Shown in pieces: positions 8,550-19,719 of a stretch of 64,000 nucleotides of DNA. The notes under the pieces were generated by a model. The model ran no database searches and was not told the origin of the DNA. It saw only the letters and a list, made by a program, of their open reading frames with translations. The stretch lies in assembly GCA_047285535.1 (NCBI GenBank), contig JBJBDC010000001.1, positions 1,664,136 to 1,728,135 on the forward strand, given 5' to 3'. The translations under genes and the position numbers were made by a program. Every line of letters starts with the position of its first letter. Within the stretch, counting starts at the first letter, position 1. This DNA comes from Synechococcus sp. Its GTDB lineage: Bacteria; Cyanobacteriota; Cyanobacteriia; PCC-6307; Cyanobiaceae.

Positions 8550-9017
8550 ATGCAGGCAGGAAAACATCTCACTCGAGTTGCCATTTGGCTTATGGGAGTG
8601 GGCTATCTTTTGATAGAAGTTCACGAAGCAATCACCACCAAACAGCTAGCAAATATTACCATTTTTGCCCTTTTATTTATCCTAGCCAGCCACCAACTTA
8701 GCCACTCACGCCTTTACCTTACTCTTCGGAAAATACCACTAGCAACTCGTTGCTATCGCGCATCATGCCTCATGTTTATCGGCTCACTAATGGCAGTTTT
8801 CGACGCTTCACTTGACTTTATTATCGGGTCCTTTCAACCCAGCTCTTTGGGCACACTACCTTTAGCCACATTACTGATAGCAGGGCGAATCGTGAATCTC
8901 CTTGAAGTCATCCTAGCGATCCGTTCAATGGAACTTTTCCTGCCAGTCATATTTAGTGGTCCCACAACAACAGCTGACGACTGGAGCTGGGATAACGTAC
9001 CAATGAGCAATGAATAA
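8550..9017 (+). CDS. Hypothetical membrane protein
   Basis: 155 aa with about four hydrophobic segments. Confidence 0.6.
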   Translation: MQAGKHLTRVAIWLMGVGYLLIEVHEAITTKQLANITIFALLFILASHQLSHSRLYLTLRKIPLATRCYRASCLMFIGSLMAVFDASLDFIIGSFQPSSLGTLPLATLLIAGRIVNLLEVILAIRSMELFLPVIFSGPTTTADDWSWDNVPMSNE

Positions 9018-9031
9018 ACAAAAACACTTCA

Positions 9032-10186
9032 GTGAAGAAAAAACATGCCAAATCTAAACTTTTAAAGGGCGTCTGCGTACTGCCACAAGGATTGGAAGAG
9101 GTCGGTGTTAATGAACTTGTTGCACTTGGCGCCAAAGAGGTCAAGCCCCTACGCAGAGCAGCTGCATTTGAAGCCGATATGGCTTGCTTGTATCGACTTC
9201 ATTTGCAATGCCGTCTTCCCTTTCGATTACTTAGAGAAATGGCGCGCTTTCGATGCGATGGCCGCGAATCGTTGTATTCAGGTGTTCAGGAAGCGATGAA
9301 CTGGGAGCGCTGGCTGCATCCCTCCATGAGTTTTCGAGTTGATGTCAATGGCACCGCTCCAGGCCTAAACCACAGCCACTTCACCGCGCTACAAGTCAAA
9401 AACGCAATTATCGATCTACAGCGCCACATCTGGGGAGAGCGCTCATCCATTGACCTGGAAGGCCCCGACGTCTGCCTCCATGTTCACCTAAGCCGAGATG
9501 GAGGGGTGTTGAGCCTGGACGGATCAGGAGGAAGTCTTCACCGCCGCGGCTACAGAGCCGCCATGGGCATCGCTCCACTCAAGGAGAATCTGGCCGCAGG
9601 CTTGATCCGCCTCAGTGGATGGACAGGCACAACGCCTCTCGTAGATCCTCTCTGTGGCTCAGGAACCCTGCTGATCGAGGCGGCATCTCTTGCTGCAGGT
9701 CAAGCCCCTGGACTGAACCGCAGCTTTGCCCTTGAGAGTTGGGCTGATTTTGATCACGATCTCTGGACAGAAGAACGCGAGCGCGCACGCAAGCGTCAAA
9801 AACAGGGGGCATTGCATCCCCTCATCATCGGATGCGAAAAAGATCCCTCCATTGCGCACCAGGCTCGCCGCAATGCGGAGGCTGCTGGACTTTCTGATTG
9901 GATTTCAATCCAAACAGGAGACTTCCGAGACCTCAAACTCCCTGAAGGGCCTGGAACACTGGTCTGCAACCCTCCCTACGGAGAACGCATCGGCGCCGAT
10001 GAAGATCTCGACTCGCTGTATGGCGATCTCGGTGTGATGGTGAAACAGCAGGGCTCTGGGTGGGATTTTTGGTTACTCAGTGGCAACCCTTCCATCACTG
10101 GAGCACTGAGGATGAAAGCCTCGCGTCGTATTCCAATCAACAATGGCGGCATCGACTGCCGCTGGCTGCATTATCAAGTGCGCTGA
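9032..10186 (+). CDS. THUMP-domain class I SAM-dependent RNA methyltransferase (RlmL-like)
   Basis: SLHRRGYR, APLKENLAAG, DPLCGSGT, NPPYGER. Confidence 0.9.
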   Translation: MKKKHAKSKLLKGVCVLPQGLEEVGVNELVALGAKEVKPLRRAAAFEADMACLYRLHLQCRLPFRLLREMARFRCDGRESLYSGVQEAMNWERWLHPSMSFRVDVNGTAPGLNHSHFTALQVKNAIIDLQRHIWGERSSIDLEGPDVCLHVHLSRDGGVLSLDGSGGSLHRRGYRAAMGIAPLKENLAAGLIRLSGWTGTTPLVDPLCGSGTLLIEAASLAAGQAPGLNRSFALESWADFDHDLWTEERERARKRQKQGALHPLIIGCEKDPSIAHQARRNAEAAGLSDWISIQTGDFRDLKLPEGPGTLVCNPPYGERIGADEDLDSLYGDLGVMVKQQGSGWDFWLLSGNPSITGALRMKASRRIPINNGGIDCRWLHYQVR

Positions 10187-10196
10187 ATCGAAAGGA

Positions 10197-10595
10197 TCAA
10201 CGGCCCATAACGGCACGGGTGGTTTTGGCAAGGCCCTCAATGGTCTGAGGCAAATAGGGACCCTTCGCAAGCTGGCCCCCGACACGCAAACTCACACCAG
10301 CAACCACCAAGTTCAACACCGCAAGACCAATCAAAGACTGCATCAAAGTCCAGTTCAAAGCCGCCCAGGACCAAACCACAAGGGCCATCTCGGCAGCCAC
10401 TAAAGCGAGGAGCATCAAGGTTCCTCCGATGGCCAGAAAAACTCCGCCACTAATGAGGCGTCGCTTTTCTCGATCGACTTCCTGCAGAGCGATTCGGACA
10501 TGCAGATCCATCACCGAACCAGCCAAAGCGGTCACCCGACCCGCAACTCCGAAGCCGCTTGGTCGACTCTGTTTAGACCTGGGAAGTTCAGTCAT
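10197..10595 (-). CDS. Phage-holin-like/YqjE family membrane protein
   Basis: DLHVRIALQE followed by two TM helices; paired with a YqjD-like gene. Confidence 0.75.
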   Translation of the reverse strand: MTELPRSKQSRPSGFGVAGRVTALAGSVMDLHVRIALQEVDREKRRLISGGVFLAIGGTLMLLALVAAEMALVVWSWAALNWTLMQSLIGLAVLNLVVAGVSLRVGGQLAKGPYLPQTIEGLAKTTRAVMGR

Positions 10596-11020
10596 GAGGA
10601 ACGACGACCTCCCATTAACAGTGCGCCCAAGAGCACCCCAACACCTGTAGCGATAGCCAACGAAAGCAGCGGCCTCTCACGAACGGGTTTTTCAATCTTG
10701 GGCCGCAAGGTGGCATTTAGGTCATCAAGCAGCTGCTCCAGTTGCTCCTCCAAAGGCTCAAGGGTGTCAGCAAGACCTTGCACACGTTCACCAGGCTGGA
10801 GCATCAGATCTTCAAGCTGGTGCTTCACGGTTTGCACCGCGCGATCACCCTGGGAAGCAATCAACTCCACGACGTCATCAAAACTGCCTCGGGTAGCCTC
10901 CAATGCCTGATGCGTCACTTCTGGCCAACGACGCTGGATCTCAGGAGCAAGGCTCTCAAAACGGTCGCGAAACCGATGCGCGAAATCCTGTTCTTCCTCT
11001 GGTGATGGAGCTGAGTCCAT
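10592..11020 (-). CDS. YqjD/DUF883 family protein
   Basis: C-terminal PVRERPLLSLAIATGVGVLLGALL anchor; ATG at 11020. Confidence 0.75.
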   Translation of the reverse strand: MDSAPSPEEEQDFAHRFRDRFESLAPEIQRRWPEVTHQALEATRGSFDDVVELIASQGDRAVQTVKHQLEDLMLQPGERVQGLADTLEPLEEQLEQLLDDLNATLRPKIEKPVRERPLLSLAIATGVGVLLGALLMGGRRSS

Positions 11021-11064
11021 GGATAGGTACAACGCTTTTCTAGGGTAGAGATGTTCTCTAGAAG

Positions 11065-11487
11065 ATGAAACCAGCGACAGTGTCTCTGTCTCGATATCTC
11101 TTCCTAGAACACACCAATGATCCAGATGATCCGACCGGTCGGCATGTGGATTTGCTTCTGGAAGATGGCGAAAGCTGCCGCACCTGGCGGCTTGCAAGTG
11201 TGCCCCTTCCAAATGGCCCCAGCCTCAAAGCCACCCCACTACCAAGGCATCGATTGATTTGGCTTGAACGAAAATCAGCAGGTGTATCTGGAGGACGCGG
11301 CTGGGGGCGCCGCATTGTGAGCGGACGCTTCCATGGGGTCTTACCAGACAGCTCAGAAGAGCTGATCAGAATCCAACTCCTAGGCACTGGCGTCCTCGGA
11401 TTACCGGACCCTCTGACCCTCGAGTTAGTGAATGGCGAGTGCAGGCTTCACTCATCAGCTGATAACCATCCAGCGAAAAGGACTTGA
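11065..11487 (+). CDS. Hypothetical protein (LigD phosphoesterase N-terminal-like)
   Basis: LEH..HVDLLLE..TWRL..HRLIWL..VSGGRG pattern. Confidence 0.6.
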   Translation: MKPATVSLSRYLFLEHTNDPDDPTGRHVDLLLEDGESCRTWRLASVPLPNGPSLKATPLPRHRLIWLERKSAGVSGGRGWGRRIVSGRFHGVLPDSSEELIRIQLLGTGVLGLPDPLTLELVNGECRLHSSADNHPAKRT

Positions 11488-11537
11488 GCTTTTCAAAAGC
11501 TCCGCTAGTTTTGATTCGCTAACAGCAGTGTCCCCTG

Positions 11538-14500
11538 TTGGTTCATATCAATCAGGTAGGACTTACCAACTTCAAGTCCTTCGGTGGGGTGATGACAATC
11601 CCCCTAGAGACCGGGTTCACCGTCGTGACCGGTCCCAATGGGTCTGGGAAGAGCAATATTCTTGATGGGGTCTTGTTTTGCCTTGGTCTGGCAAACAGCC
11701 GTGGAATGCGTGCTGATCGCCTGCCTGATCTGGTGAATAGCGGCATGCTGAAAGCAGGGAAATCGGCTGAAACCACGGTCAGCGTGCGCTTCGATCTGAC
11801 CGACTGGCAGCCAGATGCTGCAGAAGAGGGCCTCGAATCTCCTGAGGACGGCCCATGGATTCAAGCTGATGCCAATGAATGGACCGTGACTCGCAAACTA
11901 AGGGTCATGCCAGGAGGCTCATACAGCAGCAGTTACAGCGCAGACGGTGAACCCTGCAACCTCCAACAGCTGCAGACCCAGCTGCGCAGATTGCGCATCG
12001 ATCCGGAAGGCAGCAATGTCGTGATGCAGGGTGATGTCACGCGGATTGTCTCGATGAGCAATCGCGATCGCCGCGGCCTGATTGATGAACTAGCGGGTGT
12101 CGCGCTGTTCGATACCCGAATCGAACAAAGCCGACGAAAGCTCGATGATGTGCAAGAAAGTCAAGATCGATGCCGCATCGTGGAGCAGGAGTTGCTCACT
12201 GCGAAACAGCGTCTCGAAAAGGACTGCGCAAAGGCACGGGCCTATCAGGAATTACGCGAACAGGTGCAATGTGGTCGACAGCAAGAGCTCGTGCTGGCCT
12301 TTGAAGCCGCTGAAGCTGAACTGACACACCTCAACAGTCGCCAACAACAACTTAGTGAACAGAAGATCCGCGACAGCGAAGCGATTACTGAGAAGGAAAA
12401 AACCCTATCTGAAGCGACAACACGCCTAAAGACACTGCAGGAGAACGTCAAGGCTCTCGGCGAAGACAAGCTGCTCAGCGTCCAAGCGGAACTGGCTGGC
12501 CTCGACCCCCAAAATCGCGAACTGGAACGCCAATCGATCCAGCATCAACAGGAAGGTGAGCGTTTGCAGGGGCTGCGCCACAACATCATCAATCGACGGA
12601 ACCAACTCAAGGTGGACAGCGAGCACCTGAATCAAGCCAACGAACCAGAGGTGCTCAAGTCTGCAGAGCAGACCTGCCGCGATGCTGAGGCTGCTGTTGA
12701 AATCGCCCGCCGTCGCTTGGGGGATATCGCCGGGAGATCCGGCGCCTGGATGGATGAACAACGTCAAAGGGCAGCGCGACGCTCCGACCTTCAGAGAACG
12801 CTCACGCCTCTCCAGGAAGAGCAACAGCAACTGCAGGAACGACTGCGACAGGACGAGGACCGTGAATCTGAATTACAGCTGGAACGCGACCAAGCCAGTG
12901 CAGAAGATCGAGACGTGCAAGACCAGCTTGAGCAACTGGAACAGGAGTGGCATGCGCTGCTGGAACGACTTCGCAGCGGCAAAGAACAACTGCAAGAGCT
13001 GGCTGAGGCTGTTGCGATCCAACAGCGCACCCGCTCCAGACTTGAAGAAGAGCAGACGCGACTGGAACGCGATATCGCCCGTCTAGAAAGCCGACGTGAG
13101 GCCTTGCAGGAATCACGGGGTACCGGGGCCTTGCGCCTTTTGCTTGAAGCTGGATTGGATGGCATCCATGGTCCGGTCGCTCAACTCGGCGAAGTGGAGG
13201 ATCACCTGCGACTGGCGCTGGAAGTAGCCGCCGGTGCCCGCATGGCACAGGTCGTGGTTGAAGACGACCGAATCGCTGCGCGAGCCATTGACTTGCTCAA
13301 GAGTCGAAGAGCAGGTCGTCTGACGTTTTTACCCCTCAACAAGATCCGATCCCAGGCTTCAGGAGGTGGAGCCGCGATGGCCCGCGGTCGTCGTCCAGAG
13401 GGAAGCAACGGGGCCGGATTAATCGGTCGAGCTGTGGAATTGATCCGCTACGAGCCGATCTATGCCGAGGTCTTCGGATACGTCTTCGGGGACACTCAGG
13501 TCTTCAGTGATCTAACCAGTGCGAGGCAACAACTGGGACGATTCCGTGCTGTCACCCTTGAAGGCGAACTGCTCGAGAAGAGTGGCGCGATGACGGGAGG
13601 CAGCTTCAGCCAAAGGAGTGGAAGACTGAGCTTCGGGGTGAGCAGCGAAAACGATGAGGCAGAACCTCTGCGACGACGGTTGCTCGAGCTAGGCGAGACT
13701 CTCGCGGCTTGCCGGCGTGAAGAAAGTCGACTGTTGCAAGCCCTGGAACTAGAGCGTCCGCTCCTTCGGCAATTGGAACAGAGACAAGCGGGTCTGGATG
13801 CAGAGCGGACGGCCGCCAATCGAGCCCATGGACCTTTGCTGGAGCGTTGCCGCCAACGCGGTGAACGTCTCAACAACCTCCGAGCCAACCGAACAGAGTT
13901 GGAGAAACGTCTCCAATCCCTCAAAACCAGCATGGCCCCGCTGGTGCAAGAACTTGAGCAGATCGGGGCAGCAGAACACCAAGTTCAAGCCGAAGCCGAT
14001 GCGGGGAACTGGCAACAACTCCAGGTCGAACTGGAACAGTCCGATCACGCCCTAGAACAGGCCCGGCGCAACCGTGATGATCTCCTTCAGCATCAGCGAG
14101 AGCGCGAACTGGCACAGACCCGAATCGGCGACCAACAAAAAACCATCGAAGACGAAGAGAAAAGCCTACAAACAGCTGTGAATGCACTGGCAGAAGCTCA
14201 TCACCGTTGGCAGGAAGAACAGAAGGAATTGCAGTTGCGCCGCCAGACACTGGAAAGCCAGCAAAAGACCTTGCAAACGCAATTTGGAGAAGAGCGTCGA
14301 GCACGGGATGCAGCGGAGGCTGCAGTAGCCGAACAACGTCAATCCCTCCAGCAAGCCCGTTGGGAACTGGAGCGTCTCCAAGAAGAGCTGCAAACCATTC
14401 AGGAGCAGCTGCGTAGCGGAGGCATCCGCTTGGAAGAGCTCAAACCAACCCTTCCTGATCCTCTTCCACAGATTCCCGAAGAAGTCCGCAATGCAGGCCT

Positions 14501-15143
14501 TGAAGCACTGCAAGAGCAACTCCAGCAACTCATGAAGCGGATGGAGGCCCTCGAACCGGTCAACATGCTGGCTCTCGATGAATTAAAAGAACTGGAACAG
14601 CGGCTAGGAGACCTTGGAGAGCGCCTTGATGTTCTCAGCCAAGAGCGTGAAGAACTTCTACTGAGAATTGAAACTGTGGCCACGCTCCGGCAGGAAGCGT
14701 TCATGGAAGCGTTTCAAGCCGTAGACAGCCACTTCCGAGACATCTTCGCGAGCTTGTCTGAAGGCGACGGCAAACTACAGCTCGACAATCCAGATGAGCC
14801 CCTCGAGGGAGGCCTCACGCTTGTCGCCCATCCGAAAGGCAAAGCGGTCAGACGCTTGGCAGCCATGTCTGGCGGAGAGAAGTCTCTAACAGCACTGAGT
14901 TTTTTGTTTGCGCTCCAACGCTTCCGGCCCTCACCCTTCTATGCGCTTGACGAAGTAGACAGCTTTCTTGATGGAGTCAATGTTGAGCGGCTTTCAGCCT
15001 TAATTGCCCGTCAAGCTGAACAAGCCCAGTTTCTGGTGGTTAGTCACCGTCGCCCAATGATTGGTGCCTCACAACGCACCATTGGCGTCACCCAGGCTCG
15101 AGGCGCTCACACTCAGGTTGTGGGATTACCCGATGCAGCCTGA
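11538..15143 (+). CDS. smc: Chromosome segregation protein SMC
   Basis: GPNGSGKSN Walker A, coiled coils, hinge GRLTFLPL, MSGGEKS signature, LDEVD. Confidence 0.97.
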   Translation: MVHINQVGLTNFKSFGGVMTIPLETGFTVVTGPNGSGKSNILDGVLFCLGLANSRGMRADRLPDLVNSGMLKAGKSAETTVSVRFDLTDWQPDAAEEGLESPEDGPWIQADANEWTVTRKLRVMPGGSYSSSYSADGEPCNLQQLQTQLRRLRIDPEGSNVVMQGDVTRIVSMSNRDRRGLIDELAGVALFDTRIEQSRRKLDDVQESQDRCRIVEQELLTAKQRLEKDCAKARAYQELREQVQCGRQQELVLAFEAAEAELTHLNSRQQQLSEQKIRDSEAITEKEKTLSEATTRLKTLQENVKALGEDKLLSVQAELAGLDPQNRELERQSIQHQQEGERLQGLRHNIINRRNQLKVDSEHLNQANEPEVLKSAEQTCRDAEAAVEIARRRLGDIAGRSGAWMDEQRQRAARRSDLQRTLTPLQEEQQQLQERLRQDEDRESELQLERDQASAEDRDVQDQLEQLEQEWHALLERLRSGKEQLQELAEAVAIQQRTRSRLEEEQTRLERDIARLESRREALQESRGTGALRLLLEAGLDGIHGPVAQLGEVEDHLRLALEVAAGARMAQVVVEDDRIAARAIDLLKSRRAGRLTFLPLNKIRSQASGGGAAMARGRRPEGSNGAGLIGRAVELIRYEPIYAEVFGYVFGDTQVFSDLTSARQQLGRFRAVTLEGELLEKSGAMTGGSFSQRSGRLSFGVSSENDEAEPLRRRLLELGETLAACRREESRLLQALELERPLLRQLEQRQAGLDAERTAANRAHGPLLERCRQRGERLNNLRANRTELEKRLQSLKTSMAPLVQELEQIGAAEHQVQAEADAGNWQQLQVELEQSDHALEQARRNRDDLLQHQRERELAQTRIGDQQKTIEDEEKSLQTAVNALAEAHHRWQEEQKELQLRRQTLESQQKTLQTQFGEERRARDAAEAAVAEQRQSLQQARWELERLQEELQTIQEQLRSGGIRLEELKPTLPDPLPQIPEEVRNAGLEALQEQLQQLMKRMEALEPVNMLALDELKELEQRLGDLGERLDVLSQEREELLLRIETVATLRQEAFMEAFQAVDSHFRDIFASLSEGDGKLQLDNPDEPLEGGLTLVAHPKGKAVRRLAAMSGGEKSLTALSFLFALQRFRPSPFYALDEVDSFLDGVNVERLSALIARQAEQAQFLVVSHRRPMIGASQRTIGVTQARGAHTQVVGLPDAA

Positions 15144-15161
15144 ACAACCAGTGCCCAGGTC

Positions 15162-16394
15162 TTGCGTCAAAATGATTCGAATTGCTCCGGCAGAGGCCTG
15201 CATTTGAGCTCGTCCCAGTCCCCTAACGACCCACCAGCGACCGTGCCCAGTGACAGGCTGTGGCTTCGATCTGAATTGATGGGGACCCAGGTCATCACCC
15301 GCGATTCCGGCAGACGCTTAGGTGTCGTGGGTGAAGTCGTGGTCGATATCGACCGACGTGAAGTGGTCGCCCTAGGACTGAGAGACAACCCGCTCACACG
15401 TTTCTTACCGGGACTACCTCGCTGGATGCCCCTTGATCGAATCCGGCAGGTGGGCGATGTGATCCTTGTGGATTCAGCCGATTCTCTAAGCGAGGCCTTC
15501 TCCCCAGACCGCTACAGCAGGGTCATCAACTGCCAGGTGATCACAGAATCCGGACAGACTCTCGGGCGTGTCTTGGGTTTTTCCTTCGACATCGAGACCG
15601 GAGAACTCACCACTCTTGTGATGGGAGCCGTCGGCGTTCCTTTACTAGGTGAAGGCGTCCTCAGCACTTGGGAGATTCCTGTCGATGAAATTGTCAGCAG
15701 CGGAGCCGACCGAATCATCGTGTACGAGGGTGCAGAAGACAAACTCAAACAATTGAGTAGCGGAGTTCTGGAAAAGCTGGGCGTAGGAGGCCCCAGCTGG
15801 GAGGAACAGGAGCGGGAGCGTTACAGGGTCAACATTGTTCCTGTTGAAAATCAACTCACCTCTGGCCAAGCGGTTGAAGAAGAACCAAGGCTGCTCGAAG
15901 CCTCTGAATCACAGAGCTTCGACACCGAACGCGAGCTTGAGTATGTCGAACTTGAAGATCGCCGCAACCAAGAAAGTCGCCAACGTCGCTACCTTGATGA
16001 AGCTCCAATGCAGGGGCGAGAAGAGTCTTACGGAGAGCGTGATCGAGACCCCTCGGGTTATTACATCGAACAGAATTCTTTCAGCGAACCAAAGGCCTAC
16101 AGCGAATCTCAATTCGCTAATCAACCTCAAAGGAATCGAGAACCCGAGCCTATTCAAGAGGACCGCCGCTATCAGCAGCCTGAGCGCACCCCATCCCCAT
16201 TTCGGAGCGGCGAACGGAGCATCAATCAGGGAATCAATGCGGATCCTCGCTTCGAACAACGCCCAAGACCGGCTTCTAGGCGACCGATCGAACGTCCCGG
16301 TGAACCGCTGGATGTTGAACCGCTGGATGTTGAACCGGTGGAGCCCAGTTCATTCAACGACCAAGAGAACCAACCGCTTGATGATCCCTGGTAG
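15162..16394 (+). CDS. PRC-barrel domain protein
   Basis: Two PRC-barrel repeats (LMGTQVITRDSGRRLGVV; VINCQVITESGQTLGRV) plus a disordered tail; start uncertain. Confidence 0.85.
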   Translation: MRQNDSNCSGRGLHLSSSQSPNDPPATVPSDRLWLRSELMGTQVITRDSGRRLGVVGEVVVDIDRREVVALGLRDNPLTRFLPGLPRWMPLDRIRQVGDVILVDSADSLSEAFSPDRYSRVINCQVITESGQTLGRVLGFSFDIETGELTTLVMGAVGVPLLGEGVLSTWEIPVDEIVSSGADRIIVYEGAEDKLKQLSSGVLEKLGVGGPSWEEQERERYRVNIVPVENQLTSGQAVEEEPRLLEASESQSFDTERELEYVELEDRRNQESRQRRYLDEAPMQGREESYGERDRDPSGYYIEQNSFSEPKAYSESQFANQPQRNREPEPIQEDRRYQQPERTPSPFRSGERSINQGINADPRFEQRPRPASRRPIERPGEPLDVEPLDVEPVEPSSFNDQENQPLDDPW

Positions 16395-16417
16395 AGAGAG
16401 ACGTCAAAAGCTGAGAG

Positions 16418-16843
16418 TCAATCTGAGACCTTCTTTTTAAAGTCCAGTGAGGCACTGTTCGTGCAGTAGCGCTGCCCCGTGGGTGATGGTCCATCATTGA
16501 ATACATGTCCCAAATGGGCATCACAACGCGCACAAAGGATCTCAGTCCTCACCATGCCGTGACTGCGATCCTCCAGGGTACGAATCGCACCATTGCTGAC
16601 ACCATCCCAGAAACTCGGCCAGCCAGTGCCTGATTCATATTTTGTGCTGGAACTAAACAGGGGAGCGCCACAACAGACGCAGTGGTACATCCCTTCCTCT
16701 TTGTTATCCCAGTAGGCTCCGGTGAACGCGGCTTCCGTTCCGCCCTGACGAGCCACTTGAAATTGTTTTGAAGTCAGTTGCTGCTGCCATTCCTCTGGAG
16801 TGCGTTCCACCCGATCGCCACTTGCAGCTGCAGTACTGGTCAT
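16418..16843 (-). CDS. msrB: Peptide-methionine (R)-S-oxide reductase
   Basis: [26 protein letters not shown]. Confidence 0.95.
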   Translation of the reverse strand: MTSTAAASGDRVERTPEEWQQQLTSKQFQVARQGGTEAAFTGAYWDNKEEGMYHCVCCGAPLFSSSTKYESGTGWPSFWDGVSNGAIRTLEDRSHGMVRTEILCARCDAHLGHVFNDGPSPTGQRYCTNSASLDFKKKVSD

Positions 16844-16870
16844 GAATGAAAAGGTCTATAGGAGCGGACC

Positions 16871-18157
16871 CTAGTCGGAAAGTGCCAAAGGCAAGAGCCC
16901 TTGAACCTCCTCAGCCAGTGCTCTGACGGCACCAGGCTGGCCGCGAAGGCTACGCAGGTCATCGCGTTGACCTTGCAGCCTGTCTGGTTTCGTGAGCCAG
17001 GACTCAGCCTCTCGTGCGATCTGCTCAGGGGTGATTGGTCCCACTCGTTCGGGAACCACCATTCGTCCAGCGCTGATGTTCGGCCAGGCCATCAATCCAT
17101 GGTTACGCAATCGCCAAGCACTCAGCAGCAGACCAATCAATCGCCGCAAGCCTGGCAAACGAGCCAGGAGACCGAGCCAGCCATCCCAAGCCTGCATGAC
17201 ACCCAAGTGTTGCGTTGGGACCAACACAATCATGGGAACGCCCAGAGCTCCGAGTTCGGCCGTATTCGCCCCCACGGTGGTGAGTGCAAGTTTGCACTGA
17301 CTCAGGGCTCCATGAGCTGGAGGATTTTCCTGCAAGTGAATCTCCGTGCCCTGCCGCGTCACCAACCGTCTTAAACCCTCTCCAGTCCGAGCCGGTTCAA
17401 TTGAGACGACACCTGTGTCATAAGACGCAGCAATGGGATTCAACCGGCTTGCATAGCGCTGCAGGTCTTCGACTGTCGTGGTTGGAGCCACAGGAAGCAA
17501 AAAACGACAACCAGGGCGTTGGACCGCCAAACGATCTGCTGTCTCCAGCAGGAAGGGAACACCCACAGTGAGCTTGGCAGCCTTGGAACCGGGTAACAAA
17601 GCCACCCATTCACCCGCTGGAAGTGGCGACTCTTCCCGGGCATGGCTCGACAGATCCGCCATCAAATCTCCCACCACATGGCAACGAGAACGAAAACGTC
17701 TGGGCAGTTGATCCCTGACGGCAGGTGCCATGGCAGCGATCCGATCGTTCCAACGCGGCCAGCGAGCCACCCATTCGGCATAGGTGATATGGCGATAGCC
17801 CAGTCGAGCCGATAACAAAACGCTCCAAAACTGATCTCCACCCAAAAAGACCACCACGCCTCGCTCGGGCCAAACCCCGAAACTGGAGGGCCGCAGCAGC
17901 AAGGACCAAAAATGCCGGGCCGGGGTGATGCCTTGAAACAAATGCCAACGGGCGGCAGCAGTGGCTTCCGTACCCGTTGCGTTTGGACATGGAACCAACA
18001 CAAGTCGCATGCTGATCAACGATCTCGGAGCACGGGGCCGCATCTGCAGACAGCGATGCAGATGTTCTGCAAGAGGACGAACCCAAGTCGTGAGTTCTCC
18101 GGGGCCGTTGGAGACGAACACCACAGACAGGGTTTCATCCGTGGTGCTTGACGTCAC
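16871..18157 (-). CDS. Lipid-A-disaccharide synthase-related glycosyltransferase
   Basis: VSNGPGE, LLPGSK, TTVGANTAELG. Confidence 0.8.
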   Translation of the reverse strand: MTSSTTDETLSVVFVSNGPGELTTWVRPLAEHLHRCLQMRPRAPRSLISMRLVLVPCPNATGTEATAAARWHLFQGITPARHFWSLLLRPSSFGVWPERGVVVFLGGDQFWSVLLSARLGYRHITYAEWVARWPRWNDRIAAMAPAVRDQLPRRFRSRCHVVGDLMADLSSHAREESPLPAGEWVALLPGSKAAKLTVGVPFLLETADRLAVQRPGCRFLLPVAPTTTVEDLQRYASRLNPIAASYDTGVVSIEPARTGEGLRRLVTRQGTEIHLQENPPAHGALSQCKLALTTVGANTAELGALGVPMIVLVPTQHLGVMQAWDGWLGLLARLPGLRRLIGLLLSAWRLRNHGLMAWPNISAGRMVVPERVGPITPEQIAREAESWLTKPDRLQGQRDDLRSLRGQPGAVRALAEEVQGLLPLALSD

Positions 18158-18186
18158 TCGATGGCGATTGTGCTGGTAAAGAAAAA

Positions 18187-18268
18187 TGCGGATGGCGAGA
18201 CTTGAACTCGCAAGGCCGAAGCCACACGCCCCTCAAACGTGCGTGTCTACCAATTCCACCACATCCGC
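18187..18268 (-). tRNA. tRNA-Leu(GAG)
   Basis: GCGGATGTGGTGGAATTGGTAGACACGCACGTTTGAGGGGCGTGTGGCTTCGGCCTTGCGAGTTCAAGTCTCGCCATCCGCA; anticodon GAG, variable arm present. Confidence 0.95.
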
Positions 18269-18369
18269 GTGGCGACTCTGCCTTTGGGCTTTGTCGAGGG
18301 TTGAGTATACCGAGCGGGCTAGAAGGGACTTACCGCTGATACGATCCGCCCTGGCTCTGATGCTGCGGA

Positions 18370-19713
18370 ATGCCCATCGGCAAGGTGCTGATCGCCAACC
18401 GCGGCGAGATCGCCCTAAGAATCCTGAGAAGTTGTCGAGAACTCGGCATTAGTACGGTCGCGGTGTACAGCACTGTTGATCGGACGGCCCTTCACGTGCA
18501 GTTGGCGGATGAAGCCGTTTGCGTGGGCGAAGGGCCCAGCAACAAGAGCTACCTCAACATTCCCAACATCCTCGCTGCAGCGACCTCCCGCGGTGTGGAT
18601 GCCATTCACCCCGGCTATGGGTTTTTGGCGGAAAACGACCGATTCGCAGAAATGTGCCGCGATCACGGCATCACGTTCATTGGCCCGTCTCCGCATGCCA
18701 TCCGATCCATGGGAGACAAATCAACAGCGAAAGCCACCATGCAGTCCGTTGGTGTGCCAACGGTGCCTGGTAGCGAAGGCCTGTTACCCAATCCCGAGAA
18801 AGCTGCTGAGCTCGCTGAGGCCATGGGCTACCCGGTGATGATCAAGGCCACCGCTGGAGGCGGTGGGCGGGGAATGCGGCTCGTACCGAGTCCAGATCAA
18901 TTGATGCAGCTGTACAAAGCGGCCCAAGGCGAAGCCGACGCAGCCTTTGGCAATCCAGGCCTCTATCTAGAGAAATTCATCGACCGTCCTAGGCACGTGG
19001 AAGTGCAAGTTCTCGCAGATCGTCACGGCAATGTGGTTCATCTTGGTGAGCGGGACTGTTCAATCCAGAGACGTCACCAGAAACTGCTGGAGGAAGCTCC
19101 GAGCCCGGCCCTCGACCCTGAGCTTCGCCGTCGGATGGGTGAAGCTGCCGTCGCTGCGGCGCGAAGTATCAATTACGAAGGTGCTGGAACAGTGGAATTT
19201 CTCCTCGACCGTAACGGCGGGTTTTATTTCATGGAGATGAACACCCGCATCCAAGTGGAGCATCCCGTCACAGAAATGGTGACGGGTATTGATTTGATCG
19301 CTGAGCAGCTGCGTATCGCGGGCGGGGAATCAATCAGCGTTCAACAGGACGACATCCAACTGCGCGGACATGCCATCGAATGCCGAATCAACGCCGAAGA
19401 TTCCCTGCATAATTTCCGTCCAGCGCCAGGGCGAATCACAGGATGGTTACCGCCTGGTGGGCCTGGAGTGCGTGTGGATAGCCATGTGTACACGGGCTAC
19501 GACATCCCTCCCTTTTATGACTCTCTGATCGGCAAGCTGATCATTTGGGCTCCCAATCGCGCCGCTGCTCTTGAGCGCATGAAGAGAGCTCTGAATGAAT
19601 GTGCGGTCACGGGAATCCCCACGACAGTGGACTTCCATCTGCGCATGCTGGATCGCCCTGAATTTCAAAAGGGCGACGTTCATACCAAATTTGTTGAACA
19701 GGAAATGTTGTAA
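18370..19713 (+). CDS. accC: Acetyl-CoA carboxylase biotin carboxylase subunit
   Basis: [41 protein letters not shown]. Confidence 0.97.
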   Translation: MPIGKVLIANRGEIALRILRSCRELGISTVAVYSTVDRTALHVQLADEAVCVGEGPSNKSYLNIPNILAAATSRGVDAIHPGYGFLAENDRFAEMCRDHGITFIGPSPHAIRSMGDKSTAKATMQSVGVPTVPGSEGLLPNPEKAAELAEAMGYPVMIKATAGGGGRGMRLVPSPDQLMQLYKAAQGEADAAFGNPGLYLEKFIDRPRHVEVQVLADRHGNVVHLGERDCSIQRRHQKLLEEAPSPALDPELRRRMGEAAVAAARSINYEGAGTVEFLLDRNGGFYFMEMNTRIQVEHPVTEMVTGIDLIAEQLRIAGGESISVQQDDIQLRGHAIECRINAEDSLHNFRPAPGRITGWLPPGGPGVRVDSHVYTGYDIPPFYDSLIGKLIIWAPNRAAALERMKRALNECAVTGIPTTVDFHLRMLDRPEFQKGDVHTKFVEQEML

Positions 19714-19719
19714 AGCAGC

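Noticed and set aside
10197..10595. Holin as prophage evidence
   Set aside because: A YqjE/YqjD-like pair in core context with no phage genes nearby.
11552..14704. Many antisense ORFs within smc (and similarly within other core genes)
   Set aside because: Shadow frames of GC-rich coding sequence.
16301..16342. 15-bp tandem repeat (EPLDV) in the PRC-barrel gene tail
   Set aside because: Ordinary in-frame micro-duplication in a disordered region.
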